From NCBI GenBank assembly GCA_035258345.1, contig DATEVU010000105.1, forward strand, positions 4,689-68,688: DNA of 64,000 nucleotides, written 5' to 3'. The notes beneath the pieces were generated by a model. The model worked only from the letters and a program-made list of their open reading frames with translations, made no database searches and was not told where the DNA came from. The DNA comes from Bacteroidales bacterium. Lineage in GTDB: Bacteria; Bacteroidota; Bacteroidia; Bacteroidales; UBA10428. Shown here piece by piece: positions 1 through 10,491 of this stretch. Both the position numbers and the translations under genes were made by a program. Position 1 is the first letter of the stretch, and every line of letters begins with the position of its first letter.

Positions 1-1779
1 TGGGGAAACAACAACTATGGTACTTATATTCTTCTGAAGCCCAATACGGATCATGAACAGGTAAATGCCAAAATGCCCGGAATGATTCGTAAATATATGG
101 GTGAGCTTGCTCAGCAGGCGTTGGGAATTACAATCGATGAATTAATTACCAGGAACAAGTATACCATTTCATTGCAACCGATTAAGGATATACATCTTAA
201 TCCCAAAATTACTCAGCCCGCGAATACCAAGCCTCCGAATAATCCTAAATACCTGTATATATTTGGAAGCATTGCCGTTCTGATAATTATTATTGCAGCC
301 ATTAATTTTATGAATCTGTCTACTGCCCAAGCCTCCAAAAGAGCAAAGGAAGTAGGGATAAAAAAAGTATCCGGATCAACAAAAGGAATGCTGGTGCGTC
401 AATTTTTAGCGGAATCAATACTTCTTTCATTTGCAGCTTTGATTTTGGCAATAGTTGTCATTGAGAATTCTCTTCCTTATTTTAATAACATGCTGGGCAT
501 TGATCTTCAACTGAACCTTTTCGGTAATTGGTTTGTGATTCCGGCATTGCTTGGTTTATCGGTTATTCTTGGTTTGATTGCAGGCAGTTATCCGGCCTTT
601 TTCCTTTCGGCATTTAATCCATACATTGTTCTTAAAGGGAAACTCAGGGACAGCATGAAGAATGGCAGGCTTAGAAGTATCCTGGTGATTTTCCAGTTTT
701 CTATCTCGATTGTATTAATTGTAGGAACTTTTATTATGTTCAGGCAAATTAAGTTTATGTTAAATAAGGATCTCGGATTTAATAAAGAACAACTCCTGGT
801 GATTTCCCATGCAGATGCAATTGGTGACCAGATCAAAGTCTTTAAAGATGAGCTGGCTAAGATACCGGAAGTGCTCAAGGTGGCATCCTCAACTGCCGTT
901 CCCGGTCGCAGCGAATCAGGCAAGACTTATGTGGTGGAAGGCAGGGTTGGAGATATAATGGAATTCAAAATAAATTATATCGACTATGATTTCTTCGAAA
1001 CTTACGGAATTAGCCTTACTTCAGGCAGGGATTTCAATGAATCCTTTACGACTGACAATACTGCATGCATTGTAAACGAAACTGCAGTTAAACGATTAAA
1101 TCTTACCAATCCTCTTGCAACCAGGTTGGTCGATAACTTTGAAAAACTGTCCATAGTCGGGATTGTGAAGAATTTTCATTTTGAATCACTTCAAAATGCG
1201 ATTAACCCCTATGTTTTCAAAATAAAATCCGAAGGCGATAATTATGGATTTTTCAGCATCAGGTTATCTACCCGGGCTACATCAAACACCATAAAAGAAG
1301 TTGAAAAGGTCTGGAATGTTTTTGCCGGCAATGATCCGCTCCAATTTTTCTTTATGGATCAGGATTTTGAACAAAAGTATAAGGAAGAAAAACAAAGCGC
1401 ACAACTATCGGTAATTTTTTCCATACTCGCCGTTATAATTGCATCGCTGGGACTTTTTGGCCTCACCTCATTTACAATTGAGCAACGTACCAAAGAAATC
1501 GGGATTCGAAAAACCATGGGAGCCTCCTTGGCAGGCATATTTTACCTGATTTCAAAGGAGTTTATCTGGCTGGTTACTATTTCAGCCCTTATTAGCTGGC
1601 CATTGGTTTACTTTGTTGCCAAAAACTGGCTGCAAAACTACCATTACCGGATAGATCTCAGACCATGGGATTTCCTAGCAGGATTTTTAATAGCATTAAT
1701 TATTGCTTTAATAACAATAAGCTATCGAACCATTAGGTCGGCCAGGACCAATCCCGTTGAGGCGCTTCGGTATGAATGA
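1..1779 (+). CDS. ABC transporter permease, FtsX/MacB-like (5' end lies outside the window)
   Basis: Frame 1 is open from base 1 (WGNNNYGTYILLKPNTDHEQVNAK precedes the Met at 73). It has a TM helix, a large extracytoplasmic domain, then a C-terminal FtsX-type TM bundle ending RSARTNPVEALRYE, a typical MacB/FtsX tail. Confidence 0.85.
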   Translation, partial: WGNNNYGTYILLKPNTDHEQVNAKMPGMIRKYMGELAQQALGITIDELITRNKYTISLQPIKDIHLNPKITQPANTKPPNNPKYLYIFGSIAVLIIIIAAINFMNLSTAQASKRAKEVGIKKVSGSTKGMLVRQFLAESILLSFAALILAIVVIENSLPYFNNMLGIDLQLNLFGNWFVIPALLGLSVILGLIAGSYPAFFLSAFNPYIVLKGKLRDSMKNGRLRSILVIFQFSISIVLIVGTFIMFRQIKFMLNKDLGFNKEQLLVISHADAIGDQIKVFKDELAKIPEVLKVASSTAVPGRSESGKTYVVEGRVGDIMEFKINYIDYDFFETYGISLTSGRDFNESFTTDNTACIVNETAVKRLNLTNPLATRLVDNFEKLSIVGIVKNFHFESLQNAINPYVFKIKSEGDNYGFFSIRLSTRATSNTIKEVEKVWNVFAGNDPLQFFFMDQDFEQKYKEEKQSAQLSVIFSILAVIIASLGLFGLTSFTIEQRTKEIGIRKTMGASLAGIFYLISKEFIWLVTISALISWPLVYFVAKNWLQNYHYRIDLRPWDFLAGFLIALIIALITISYRTIRSARTNPVEALRYE

Positions 1780-1793
1780 TCTGCAGGGTATTC

Positions 1794-2825
1794 TTACCGG
1801 GCTTCACCCAACATTACGTCAACCGTTTTTTTAATGCCCTTCTTCAGTATGTCCATTTCTACTTTTTTGCCAATGACCTGCTCATTGAGCTGCAGATATA
1901 ATTCGTCAACCGAGCCTACCGGTAAGTGGTTAAAGGCTACGATCACATCTCCCGGGCTTAATTGTGCATTATCAATATTTCTCGTATTAATGACCTGTTG
2001 AATTAGAATTCCCCGGTTCAGGGTCAGGTGATTATAATCGACCACTCTTCTGGGCAGAATGATAGTCTGGCCTGCTATTCCAAGCGCGGCCCTTCTGACT
2101 CTGCCTGTGGTTATAAGTTTACCAACCACATATTCAGCCACACTTGATCCCACGGCAAAACATAAACCCTGTGCTGATGATATAATTGCAGTATTAATAC
2201 CAATCACTTCTCCGTTTGCATTGATCAGTGGACCACCTGAATTACCTGGATTCAGGGCTGCATCGGTCTGAATCACCCCATCGATCAGCCTGCCGGTATA
2301 ACTGTACATCGACCTGCCAAGAGCGCTTACCACACCTGTGGTCACGGTAAACTGGAAACCGAATGGATTACCGATAGCTATAACAAGTTGTCCCACTTTT
2401 AATTGTCTTGAGTCACCGAAACCGGCATGTATAAAATTGTGACCATAAACCCTGATCACCGCTAAATCAGTTGAAGGATCCTCACCAATCGGTTCTGCCT
2501 GATAGGATGATCCGTCAGGAAGATTTACAACGATCTCCCGGGACTTGTTCACAACATGGCTGTTTGTTACAATAAATCCCTCAGGTGATACCAGAAAGCC
2601 TGAACCGGTTGCCCCCTCCGGGGTACTGCTTCGTCTTCTTGCATCGGTTTTATGAACTATGATTTGTGCCACGGCAGGACTAACTTTTCCTGAAGCGTCG
2701 ATGATAATTCTGGAAAAAGGATCGATAAAAGTCTGCCGGTCATTTTCAATCCCGCTGTCAGAATTGCCGGATACCAGACCAACTCTTGGATTTCCAGCGC
2801 CGGATATTTTAACAATGCTGCCCAT
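1794..2825 (-). CDS. S1C (HtrA/DegP-like) trypsin-fold serine protease with a PDZ-like C-terminal domain
   Basis: 343-aa ORF with catalytic-triad contexts TNSHVV (His), TDLAVIRV (Asp) and GNSGGPLIN (Ser). Confidence 0.85.
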   Translation of the reverse strand: MGSIVKISGAGNPRVGLVSGNSDSGIENDRQTFIDPFSRIIIDASGKVSPAVAQIIVHKTDARRRSSTPEGATGSGFLVSPEGFIVTNSHVVNKSREIVVNLPDGSSYQAEPIGEDPSTDLAVIRVYGHNFIHAGFGDSRQLKVGQLVIAIGNPFGFQFTVTTGVVSALGRSMYSYTGRLIDGVIQTDAALNPGNSGGPLINANGEVIGINTAIISSAQGLCFAVGSSVAEYVVGKLITTGRVRRAALGIAGQTIILPRRVVDYNHLTLNRGILIQQVINTRNIDNAQLSPGDVIVAFNHLPVGSVDELYLQLNEQVIGKKVEMDILKKGIKKTVDVMLGEAR

Positions 2826-2940
2826 ACGCCTCCAATTTTTACCTTAACGGTGTGCTAAAATCAAGCCAAAACGATCAAAATGACAGATTGTCATTCAATA
2901 CATCCCGCAAAACTCATTTTTTATTTACCGCTATCTTTAC

Positions 2941-2948
2941 TACTTTTG
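2941..2948 (+). promoter_or_regulatory. Bacteroidota-type -7 promoter box TACTTTTG
   Basis: Exact match to the TAnnTTTG consensus, 27 nt upstream of the TTG at 2975. It lies inside the longer GTG-started ORF. Confidence 0.4.
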
Positions 2949-2974
2949 GAACCGATGTTTTAAATCCGCTCCGA

Positions 2975-4909
2975 TTGAAAAAATTAGCCGGTATTCTTGT
3001 CATCATTCAGTTGCTCTTGTTGTTATCCCAACTTACAGCTGCTCAGTTTCAGCCGGCTGAGGTCGTCCGGTCGCAGGAAAGGACAATTGTCAACGGGAAG
3101 ATTTACTTCATTCATACGGTGAAGAAGGGACAAACCCTGTATTCCATTAGCAAGGCCTATGAGGTGACCCAGGAAGACATACTGCGGGATAATCCGGGGA
3201 TCGACCCCGCCAGCCTCCGGGAAGGCCTGGCCCTTAGGATCCCGGAGCCGAAGCCCAAACCCATACAGGCTGCTCCGTATCCCGAAAACAAGGAGGATTT
3301 TATTGCACATACTGTTAAAAGGGGACAAACCGTGTATTCATTGAAAAGGAAGTATGATGTATCGGTGGAGATAATCTATTATTATAACCCTTGGGCACGT
3401 GAAGGCATTCAACCCGACCAGACTGTGTGGATCCCCAGGAAAAGGGAAATGCGCAACAGGCCTGAACTTACGGAAAATGACAACCTGTTTCATTATTACA
3501 CGGTAAAGGAGAATGACGCGCTGTATGCGATTTCCTGGCAATATGGAGTAACCGTTGCTGATATTATTAACAATAATCCTGAGCTGAGAGACGGTATTAA
3601 GACCAACCAGGTGCTTAAAATCCCGAAAGAAATAAAACCTGATCCGGATCTTGTTGTTACCGATTCATTACAGTTGGTAGAGCATCCTTGTCAGGTTATT
3701 GATCAGATGAAGACATACAATGTGGCGATGCTGCTTCCTTTTTTTGCGGAATATATTATGGAAGAGGCTTTGGTGCCTCTAGATACACTGGCAGAGGAGG
3801 GTACATATGTGCCGTTGCAAAAGCAGCAGGGATTAAGAGGCCGCAATTTCTCGGAATTTTATGAAGGATTTCTCCTTGCCCTGGATTCAATGAAAAGTGC
3901 GGGTTTATCGGTTAATTTGCATGTTTTTGATACCGAGCGGGATACATTTAAATTAAAGAAGATTGTCAGAGAATTATCTGTGATACAACCCGATCTTATC
4001 ATTGGTCCGGTATATAGTGAGGATGTGAAAATTGCCGGACATCTGGCCAGGTATCAGGATTTTAACCTGGTATCGCCGCTGTCAACCAGACCTTCTCTGG
4101 TTAACAGCAATCCCAGAATATTCCAGGTAATTCCATCCACGGCTGCAGAAAGTAACGGACTTGCCGGATATCTGTCACAGTTCCGGAAAGGCCGGTTTAT
4201 ACTGATCCGGGGAACCGACAGTATTTCCATGCGTGATTCCTGGCGTTTTAAAAGGCAATTTACCGGGCAACTTCCATTGGATGACAATGGAAATCTGCTC
4301 CGGTTTAATGACTACCTGCTGAACGACAGTCTGATCTCGATACTCAGTCAGGTGCTGTCTCAGGATGAGGAAAATATAATTATTGTATTTTCTGATAATG
4401 AACCCGATGTGAGCCGCCTGATAACACGGCTATTTATGATGTCGGACCTGTATCCCATGAAATTATTCGGTCTCCCTTCATGGCAAAACTGGAAGACCAT
4501 TGAACTGAATTATTTCCATATCCTGCAGCTTCATCTGATCACCCCTTTCTACACCGATTATTCGGATCCGCAGGTAAAGCGGTTTTTGTACAAGTGCAGG
4601 ACAAACTATGGATATGAGCCCTATGAGATAAGTCCAAAGGGTTATAATTTCGTTATGCTTGGCTATGACATAGGCCTGTATTTTCTTTCTGCGCTCAAGC
4701 AGTATGGCAGGGAATTTCAGTACTGCCTTAACCAGGTTGACGAGGATCAACTGCTTACCAAATACAATTTTGTTCAGGAAGGAGAGGGTGGATATACCAA
4801 CAGTAGTTTTAATCTTATTCGGTATAACACCGACTATACTGTGGCGAACACTGCGATTATCAATGGATCGGTTTTAGGTAACGGTATTTGGCAGGTTCAG
4901 TTGCCCTGA
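2975..4909 (+). CDS. Exported protein with three LysM repeats fused to a type-1 periplasmic-binding-protein-like domain
   Basis: Three LysM-like repeats (HTVKKGQTLYSISKAY.., HTVKRGQTVYSLKRKY.., YTVKENDALYAISWQYGV..) precede a ~400-aa PBP-like region. The ORF is open from 2852 (GTG), but the -7 box at 2941 and the signal-peptide-like KKLAGILVIIQLLLLLSQLTAAQ favour the TTG at 2975. Confidence 0.7.
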   Translation: MKKLAGILVIIQLLLLLSQLTAAQFQPAEVVRSQERTIVNGKIYFIHTVKKGQTLYSISKAYEVTQEDILRDNPGIDPASLREGLALRIPEPKPKPIQAAPYPENKEDFIAHTVKRGQTVYSLKRKYDVSVEIIYYYNPWAREGIQPDQTVWIPRKREMRNRPELTENDNLFHYYTVKENDALYAISWQYGVTVADIINNNPELRDGIKTNQVLKIPKEIKPDPDLVVTDSLQLVEHPCQVIDQMKTYNVAMLLPFFAEYIMEEALVPLDTLAEEGTYVPLQKQQGLRGRNFSEFYEGFLLALDSMKSAGLSVNLHVFDTERDTFKLKKIVRELSVIQPDLIIGPVYSEDVKIAGHLARYQDFNLVSPLSTRPSLVNSNPRIFQVIPSTAAESNGLAGYLSQFRKGRFILIRGTDSISMRDSWRFKRQFTGQLPLDDNGNLLRFNDYLLNDSLISILSQVLSQDEENIIIVFSDNEPDVSRLITRLFMMSDLYPMKLFGLPSWQNWKTIELNYFHILQLHLITPFYTDYSDPQVKRFLYKCRTNYGYEPYEISPKGYNFVMLGYDIGLYFLSALKQYGREFQYCLNQVDEDQLLTKYNFVQEGEGGYTNSSFNLIRYNTDYTVANTAIINGSVLGNGIWQVQLP

Positions 4910-6271
4910 GCCCTGCTTTTCTGACCTGATCACTTTGTTTATCCTTGAAATATATTGAACGACATCAAATTTCCGTTCACAACCCTTGCGGTTCATAAAC
5001 CTTATTTTTCCGAAAATTTCGCGTTCACCCCATGCCCTGTCATGGATTCCCCCGATTGACCAGGCACATCCGGTATAACCGTTCGGATCACGGCCATCAA
5101 GCTGGTATTTGTCGTTCAGGTAAATTGCTGTGCGTAATGCATCCTCGGGTGAGGATGACCATTCCAGAATTTTTTTTGCCCAGTACATACGCAAATAACC
5201 ATGCATGGTGCCACAATACATCATCTGGCACTGAGCTGCATTCCACAATGAATCATGGGTACAGGCAAACTCAAACTGCTCATCGGTGTATAAATACTCC
5301 CTTTTATCCGATCGGTGTTCATACAGTGTTGCACATGCCCATGGCTGAAAGCCTTCAACTTTATCATACCGGCTATTGTAATAGCAAAAGTTATCCGAAA
5401 GCTCGCGCCGTACAATAAGTTCCTCAAGAAAGGCATCTGTATTTTCATTGCGTGGAAGGTTTTTGGTGACCTCAAGTGCTGCCCGTTGTGCTGAGATATG
5501 TCCGAAATGCAGGTACGGCGAGAGTCCCGAAACTTCATTGAGGTTGGGATCATTTCTTTTAGCAGCATACCTGGTAATTTTATCATCCAGGAATTTTCCA
5601 AGAAATGCAGTTGCGCCCTTCTCACCCGGAGTGAGCCATTCAACCGGCCTTACCGAATGATCAGCTGTAACTGTGATCGCAATAGCCTCCCAGTTAACGC
5701 GTTGAAGATGAAATTTTCCCCGTTGCGGGATAAGGGGCGGAAATTCATCCATAAATTCCGGCAGGAGCCTTGTTATTTTCGGCCGGAAAGTATAGGCTGC
5801 ATATTCTTCCTTTTGGGATGCTATCCAGCAAGGGACGATATTATGGGTATCTACTTCATCGACCGGGATGGCTAAATGACCGGTCAATTCTTTTTTCCAG
5901 TTCTGCTTGATTCTCAGCGGATCGAAATCAGTCACCATGCGACTGACATGATGCTGCCGGATGAACCCGGGAATCGTGGACAAGGGTTCTCCGATAAGTA
6001 CTGAAAAGGGAATGTTCAGTGATTTCAGGCAGGTTTCTACCCTTTGCAATCCCTTCAGCATAAACTGAAACTGCCGCCAGGCAGCTCCGAGAAAGTCATC
6101 TACCAGAGTAAATACAACCATTACCGACTGATCCATGTTTTCGGCCGTTTCAATGGCATATGAAAGTGCCCAGTTGTCATGTACCCGCTGATCCCTGCTC
6201 ATCCAGTACAACACTGGTCCGGATATTACCGGACCGGCTTTCAGGTTCCTGACCCGCTTAATGTTTACCAT
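4874..6271 (-). CDS. phr: Deoxyribodipyrimidine (CPD) photolyase, class II
   Basis: GPVLYWMSRDQRVHDNWAL N-terminal signature and a C-terminal FAD-binding region (YWAKKILEW, LDGRDPNGYTGCAWSIGGIHDRAW). The ORF is open to 6310, but MVNIKRVRNL (ATG 6271) matches family N-termini. Confidence 0.85.
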   Translation of the reverse strand: MVNIKRVRNLKAGPVISGPVLYWMSRDQRVHDNWALSYAIETAENMDQSVMVVFTLVDDFLGAAWRQFQFMLKGLQRVETCLKSLNIPFSVLIGEPLSTIPGFIRQHHVSRMVTDFDPLRIKQNWKKELTGHLAIPVDEVDTHNIVPCWIASQKEEYAAYTFRPKITRLLPEFMDEFPPLIPQRGKFHLQRVNWEAIAITVTADHSVRPVEWLTPGEKGATAFLGKFLDDKITRYAAKRNDPNLNEVSGLSPYLHFGHISAQRAALEVTKNLPRNENTDAFLEELIVRRELSDNFCYYNSRYDKVEGFQPWACATLYEHRSDKREYLYTDEQFEFACTHDSLWNAAQCQMMYCGTMHGYLRMYWAKKILEWSSSPEDALRTAIYLNDKYQLDGRDPNGYTGCAWSIGGIHDRAWGEREIFGKIRFMNRKGCERKFDVVQYISRINKVIRSEKQGSGQLNLPNTVT

Positions 6272-7022
6272 GGCAGGTTGAAGTGATATGGATTGCCGCT
6301 TCGCCGTCAAAATAATACTCGGGTTTCCCGCCGGACTGTTTGATAAGACCTGCCGGGAATTTTTCTGCCTCGGGTTTACCCTCCAGGATCTGCCTGATTA
6401 CCTTGCTTTTTGATTTTCCGGTGACCATGAAAGTGATCCTGTTTGCGTTCATAATCGTTCTTCCGGTGAGCGTAATCCGGTTCTGACCGCTTGACGGGTG
6501 TTTTACGGCTTCACAAATATTAACCGAATTCATCAGGTCAAGCCGGTCGGGAAAGATAGATGCGGTGTGTCCGTCGCTCCCCATTCCAAGAAATATCCAG
6601 TCGAAAACAGGTATACCATTTTCCTGAACTACAAACCGAAGTATTTCTTCCGAATATCGCCCTGCTTCTCTAACAGGATTATTTTCGCCCCATATCCGGT
6701 GGATATTACTGTCAGGTATATTTATCTCCTGCAACAGATGTTTTAATGTCATTCCGTAATTGCTGTCGGGATGATCGGGAGGCACACACCTTTCATCAAC
6801 CCAGAATATATGTATTGTATTCCAGTTCAGTAATTCTCCGGAGATCTTTTGACTGGCTGCCAGGTGTTTGAAGAACACTTTCGGAGTATTGCCGCCGGAA
6901 AATGCAATACCAATACGCTGTTGAACCCTGCTCAACGCGGAAACATGGTTGCAGAATTCATGGCACATTGTTTCAGCCATTTCTTCAACAGTCTGGAAAC
7001 AATATATTCCGGTCATGGGCAC
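6258..7022 (-). CDS. pgl: 6-phosphogluconolactonase
   Basis: Motifs AFSGGNTP, WVDERCVP and LGMGSDGHTASIFP. The gene starts 5 nt after the zwf stop. Confidence 0.9.
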   Translation of the reverse strand: MPMTGIYCFQTVEEMAETMCHEFCNHVSALSRVQQRIGIAFSGGNTPKVFFKHLAASQKISGELLNWNTIHIFWVDERCVPPDHPDSNYGMTLKHLLQEINIPDSNIHRIWGENNPVREAGRYSEEILRFVVQENGIPVFDWIFLGMGSDGHTASIFPDRLDLMNSVNICEAVKHPSSGQNRITLTGRTIMNANRITFMVTGKSKSKVIRQILEGKPEAEKFPAGLIKQSGGKPEYYFDGEAAIHITSTCHGKH

Positions 7023-7027
7023 ATACT

Positions 7028-8560
7028 TTAAAGTTCACAATAAATTCCATCACCCGCAAGATTCTTGCACGGATAACGCCAGGTCATAGTGGTATCATCA
7101 ATCAAGCTGTCGGCCTGCTGAGGTCCCCAGGTTCCGGAAGGGTAGCCGAAAATCGGAATTTTAGGATTTTTTCCCCATGCTTTGAGAATAGGTTCAACAA
7201 TACTCCATGCTTGCTCTACTGCATCTCCCCGGGTAAAAAGTGTGGCATCTCCCTGCATACAATCGAGTAACAGCCTCTGGTAAGCTTCAGGTATCGGCTT
7301 ATCCGAAAGGTCACTGTAGTGGAAGTCCATGTTTACATCCTGAACATTAAAGCCGGCTCCAGGGACCTTCATCCCGAATTTAAACAGGATACCTTCATCG
7401 GGCTGTATTCGGATAACCAATTGGTTGTCGGTATTAAAACGTCCTTCGTCAAAGCAAAAAAGTTTGTGCGGTGTTGGTCTGAAATGAACAACCAGTTCAG
7501 TTACCCGGGTTGGAAGCCGTTTACCTGTGCGAATTAAAAAAGGAACACCTCCCCATCGCCAGTTATCAATATACAATTTAAGGGCTACAAATGTTTCGGT
7601 CCGGGAATCAGGCCTGACGCCAGGTTCTTCACGGTATGATAGGTATTTGGTACCACGGATATTTGATCCGGAATATTGTCCCCGGATTACCTGCGTTTTA
7701 ATATCTTTTTGACCAATGGGTCTGATCGATTGCAGCACTTTGAGGGTCTCATTCCGGATTGCCTGTGAATGAATTTGCGTGGGAGGTTCCATCGCAACAA
7801 GCGATACCAGCTGAAGCAAATGATTTTGGACCATATCGCGCAGTGCTCCCGATCTTTCGTAATAGCCTCCCCTGGCTTCAACACCCAGACTTTCGGCAGA
7901 AGTTATTTCAACATGGTGCACATAATTACGGTTCCATAAGGGCTCAAAGATGCCGTTTGAAAACCTGGTAACCATCACATTCTGAACCGTTTCTTTTCCC
8001 AGGTAATGATCGATACGGTATACCTGTTCTTCGGAGAAACAGTTCATCAGCTGCACATTCAGCCGCTTTGCGGAAGCCAGGTTATTTCCAAATGGTTTTT
8101 CCACGATAAGGCGCCGCCAGGAGGATTCATGACGGTTGAGTCCCTGGAGGCTGAGATTCCGGGCGATCACCTCATACAGATCTGGTGGGGTGGCCAGATA
8201 AAAAAGGCAGTTCCCGTTTGTCTTGTAAGTGGTATCCAGTTGCATGATCTCTTCCTTCACCATTTTATAGGCTGCCGGATCTGAGGTTTCAATGGACAAA
8301 TAATGCAATATGCCTGTAAAACTTTTTATTTCCCGGTTTGATGCCTGCAGGGATTTCTCTTTTTCCAGCAGGGCGGCCTGCATGTTTTTCCTGAATGTCT
8401 GCGAGGTCAGGGCAGTCCTGCCAATACCCAGAATAGCGAAATGCGGTGGCAATAATTTTTGCCGGTACAATTCAAATAAGGCAGGTATAAGCTTCCGCCG
8501 GGTAAGATCGCCAGAAGCACCAAAGATGATCAGCAGCTGATTTTCCAATACAATCATCAA
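7028..8560 (-). CDS. zwf: Glucose-6-phosphate 1-dehydrogenase
   Basis: 510 aa with NADP motif IFGASGDLTRRKLIPAL and active-site motif RIDHYLGKE. Confidence 0.95.
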   Translation of the reverse strand: MMIVLENQLLIIFGASGDLTRRKLIPALFELYRQKLLPPHFAILGIGRTALTSQTFRKNMQAALLEKEKSLQASNREIKSFTGILHYLSIETSDPAAYKMVKEEIMQLDTTYKTNGNCLFYLATPPDLYEVIARNLSLQGLNRHESSWRRLIVEKPFGNNLASAKRLNVQLMNCFSEEQVYRIDHYLGKETVQNVMVTRFSNGIFEPLWNRNYVHHVEITSAESLGVEARGGYYERSGALRDMVQNHLLQLVSLVAMEPPTQIHSQAIRNETLKVLQSIRPIGQKDIKTQVIRGQYSGSNIRGTKYLSYREEPGVRPDSRTETFVALKLYIDNWRWGGVPFLIRTGKRLPTRVTELVVHFRPTPHKLFCFDEGRFNTDNQLVIRIQPDEGILFKFGMKVPGAGFNVQDVNMDFHYSDLSDKPIPEAYQRLLLDCMQGDATLFTRGDAVEQAWSIVEPILKAWGKNPKIPIFGYPSGTWGPQQADSLIDDTTMTWRYPCKNLAGDGIYCEL

Positions 8561-8650
8561 TTTTCCTTTTCAAAATCAATATAAAAATACCAAATTTTCA
8601 TTAATTATGCAGATAAAGATTACAGCTGGCTGTGGTTTGAAAGTTGCTTC

Positions 8651-10045
8651 ATGAAGTCATATTTGTTCATTATAGTTGTACTCACGGCCTTAACTGCAGG
8701 CAGGGTTTATTCCCAGGAAAATGTGGATGGTTCCGGCAATGATCCGGAATTGCAGCTGATCATTGCCGCTGACAGGGGAGATACCCTGCAGGTGCAACAG
8801 TTGCTCGAAAAAGGTGTCAAGGTTGATGCAACCACATGGGAAGGGGTTACAGCACTGATGTATGCCGCCCAAAACGGAAATATTCCCATGGTCAGGTTGC
8901 TCCTGCAATCGGGGGCCAGCTCAGATCTCAAATCTGTTAACGGCTTCACAGCCCTGATCACTGCTATCCGAAGCGGACAATTTGAAACAGCTGAACAGCT
9001 GTTACGTTCAGGTGCCAGTATAAATATGGCTGACAACCGGGGTGTAACACCGTTGATGCATGCCATTGCCGTTGACAGCTTTTATCTGGCTGACCTGATG
9101 CTGTATTACGATGCAGATTTTCAATTGAAAAGTCACGAAGGAATTGACGCGCTCATGCTCGCTGCCTTCCTGGGAAGGTACGAAACAACCGTCACCTTGC
9201 TCGAATTGGGAGCAGACGTGAACAGTGAGGATAGTAAAGTACGGTCTCCGCTATACTTTGCTACAGCCGGTAACCATACTGAGATCATGGAGCTCCTGAT
9301 CCTGAATGGTGCATTGCTCGAAAAAAGATCTGATAACGGATACACAGCCCTGTCCCTTGCAGCCTCATTGAATTACTTTGAAGCTGCCCGGATGCTTATC
9401 GGCTATGGCGCTGATGTAAACAGCAGGATAAGCAATTCTCTGAATCCTATGACACTTGCGCAGGAAAATAATAGTGATTCACTTGTAAAAATGCTTGGTA
9501 ATCAGGAAGCCAGGGCAGTTCGCTGGCCTTATTTCAATAGAATTACCGTTGGTTCCCATGTTTCGTTCAATGCCCGTGATGTGATGCTTGGGTTTAACCT
9601 TGGCTTCAGCGATAAGAAGTACAACCTCTGGACCAGCCTGGGATATGGATTCAGGCCCAATTATATTCGTGTGATGGAACAACAGGATGAATTAAAATTT
9701 TATCAATATTGGGAAAAGCGACACATGGTAACCTTCACAGTTGATAAAGGATTTTTCCTGAAGGCAGGAAACGGGGAATTCAAAGCAGGTGCTTTCGGAG
9801 GAATAAAAGAGGTTCTTACCTTTGGCGGTTACAGGGGCTCTGCAAGTTCCCCGGATATGCGACTTGTTCTAAGCCCAAGAATAGGCGCGGTGTTGGAGTA
9901 TAACTTTGTCAGATTAAAATTGAATTATGAATTCATGTATTTGCGGCTCAAAGATTACAGCAGACACTGGTGCGGTTTTACCGTGGAGTATCTTTTTAAC
10001 CGGAAAAAGGGGAATCCGGAAAATACAACAATTAATTGGTTATGA
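8651..10045 (+). CDS. Secreted ankyrin-repeat protein with a beta-rich C-terminal domain
   Basis: Signal peptide MKSYLFIIVVLTALTAGRVYSQ, then about 8 tandem ~33-aa ankyrin repeats (GVTALMYAAQNGNIPMVRLLLQSGA, GFTALITAIRSGQFETAEQLLRSGA, GVTPLMHAIA..). The last ~170 aa show an alternating-hydrophobic strand pattern. Confidence 0.8.
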   Translation: MKSYLFIIVVLTALTAGRVYSQENVDGSGNDPELQLIIAADRGDTLQVQQLLEKGVKVDATTWEGVTALMYAAQNGNIPMVRLLLQSGASSDLKSVNGFTALITAIRSGQFETAEQLLRSGASINMADNRGVTPLMHAIAVDSFYLADLMLYYDADFQLKSHEGIDALMLAAFLGRYETTVTLLELGADVNSEDSKVRSPLYFATAGNHTEIMELLILNGALLEKRSDNGYTALSLAASLNYFEAARMLIGYGADVNSRISNSLNPMTLAQENNSDSLVKMLGNQEARAVRWPYFNRITVGSHVSFNARDVMLGFNLGFSDKKYNLWTSLGYGFRPNYIRVMEQQDELKFYQYWEKRHMVTFTVDKGFFLKAGNGEFKAGAFGGIKEVLTFGGYRGSASSPDMRLVLSPRIGAVLEYNFVRLKLNYEFMYLRLKDYSRHWCGFTVEYLFNRKKGNPENTTINWL

Positions 10046-10488
10046 ATGATATTACTATTATGCCGAGGGTTTTATTCATAATAACAACCGTGTTGCTGTG
10101 CTCTTCCTGCGGTGAAAAGATTTTTACCGGAGATGTGGATTGTTCGGAGTGTTATCAGGAAAAACCGGAATTCGCTGACCTGATAATCAATGTTTCAATT
10201 AATGATTCATTTGCTGAAGTTCCTCTTGTTATTTACAGGGGAGACGTCGAGAACGGACAGATAGAATATGCAGATACGGCTTATAAAAGTCCTTATTATC
10301 ATTATGTTCCGGTAGATAAGAAATATTCTGTCAGGGCTGATTACAAAAAAGCCAATAAAACCCTGTATGCCATTGATGGCACCAAACTGAAAGTGCTGCT
10401 TGTTACCGAAGCTTGTGATCAGGAATGTTATGTTATTGAGAACGAGGTAATAAATGTTGAGATCAGCAAAGCATTCCAGGATTTCTGA
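10042..10488 (+). CDS. Hypothetical lipoprotein, translationally coupled to the ankyrin gene
   Basis: The ATG at 10042 overlaps the ankyrin stop (ATGA). Hydrophobic leader ends in the lipobox-like LLCSSC, with several further Cys residues. No recognisable catalytic motif. Confidence 0.5.
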   Translation: MNDITIMPRVLFIITTVLLCSSCGEKIFTGDVDCSECYQEKPEFADLIINVSINDSFAEVPLVIYRGDVENGQIEYADTAYKSPYYHYVPVDKKYSVRADYKKANKTLYAIDGTKLKVLLVTEACDQECYVIENEVINVEISKAFQDF

Positions 10489-10491
10489 GAT

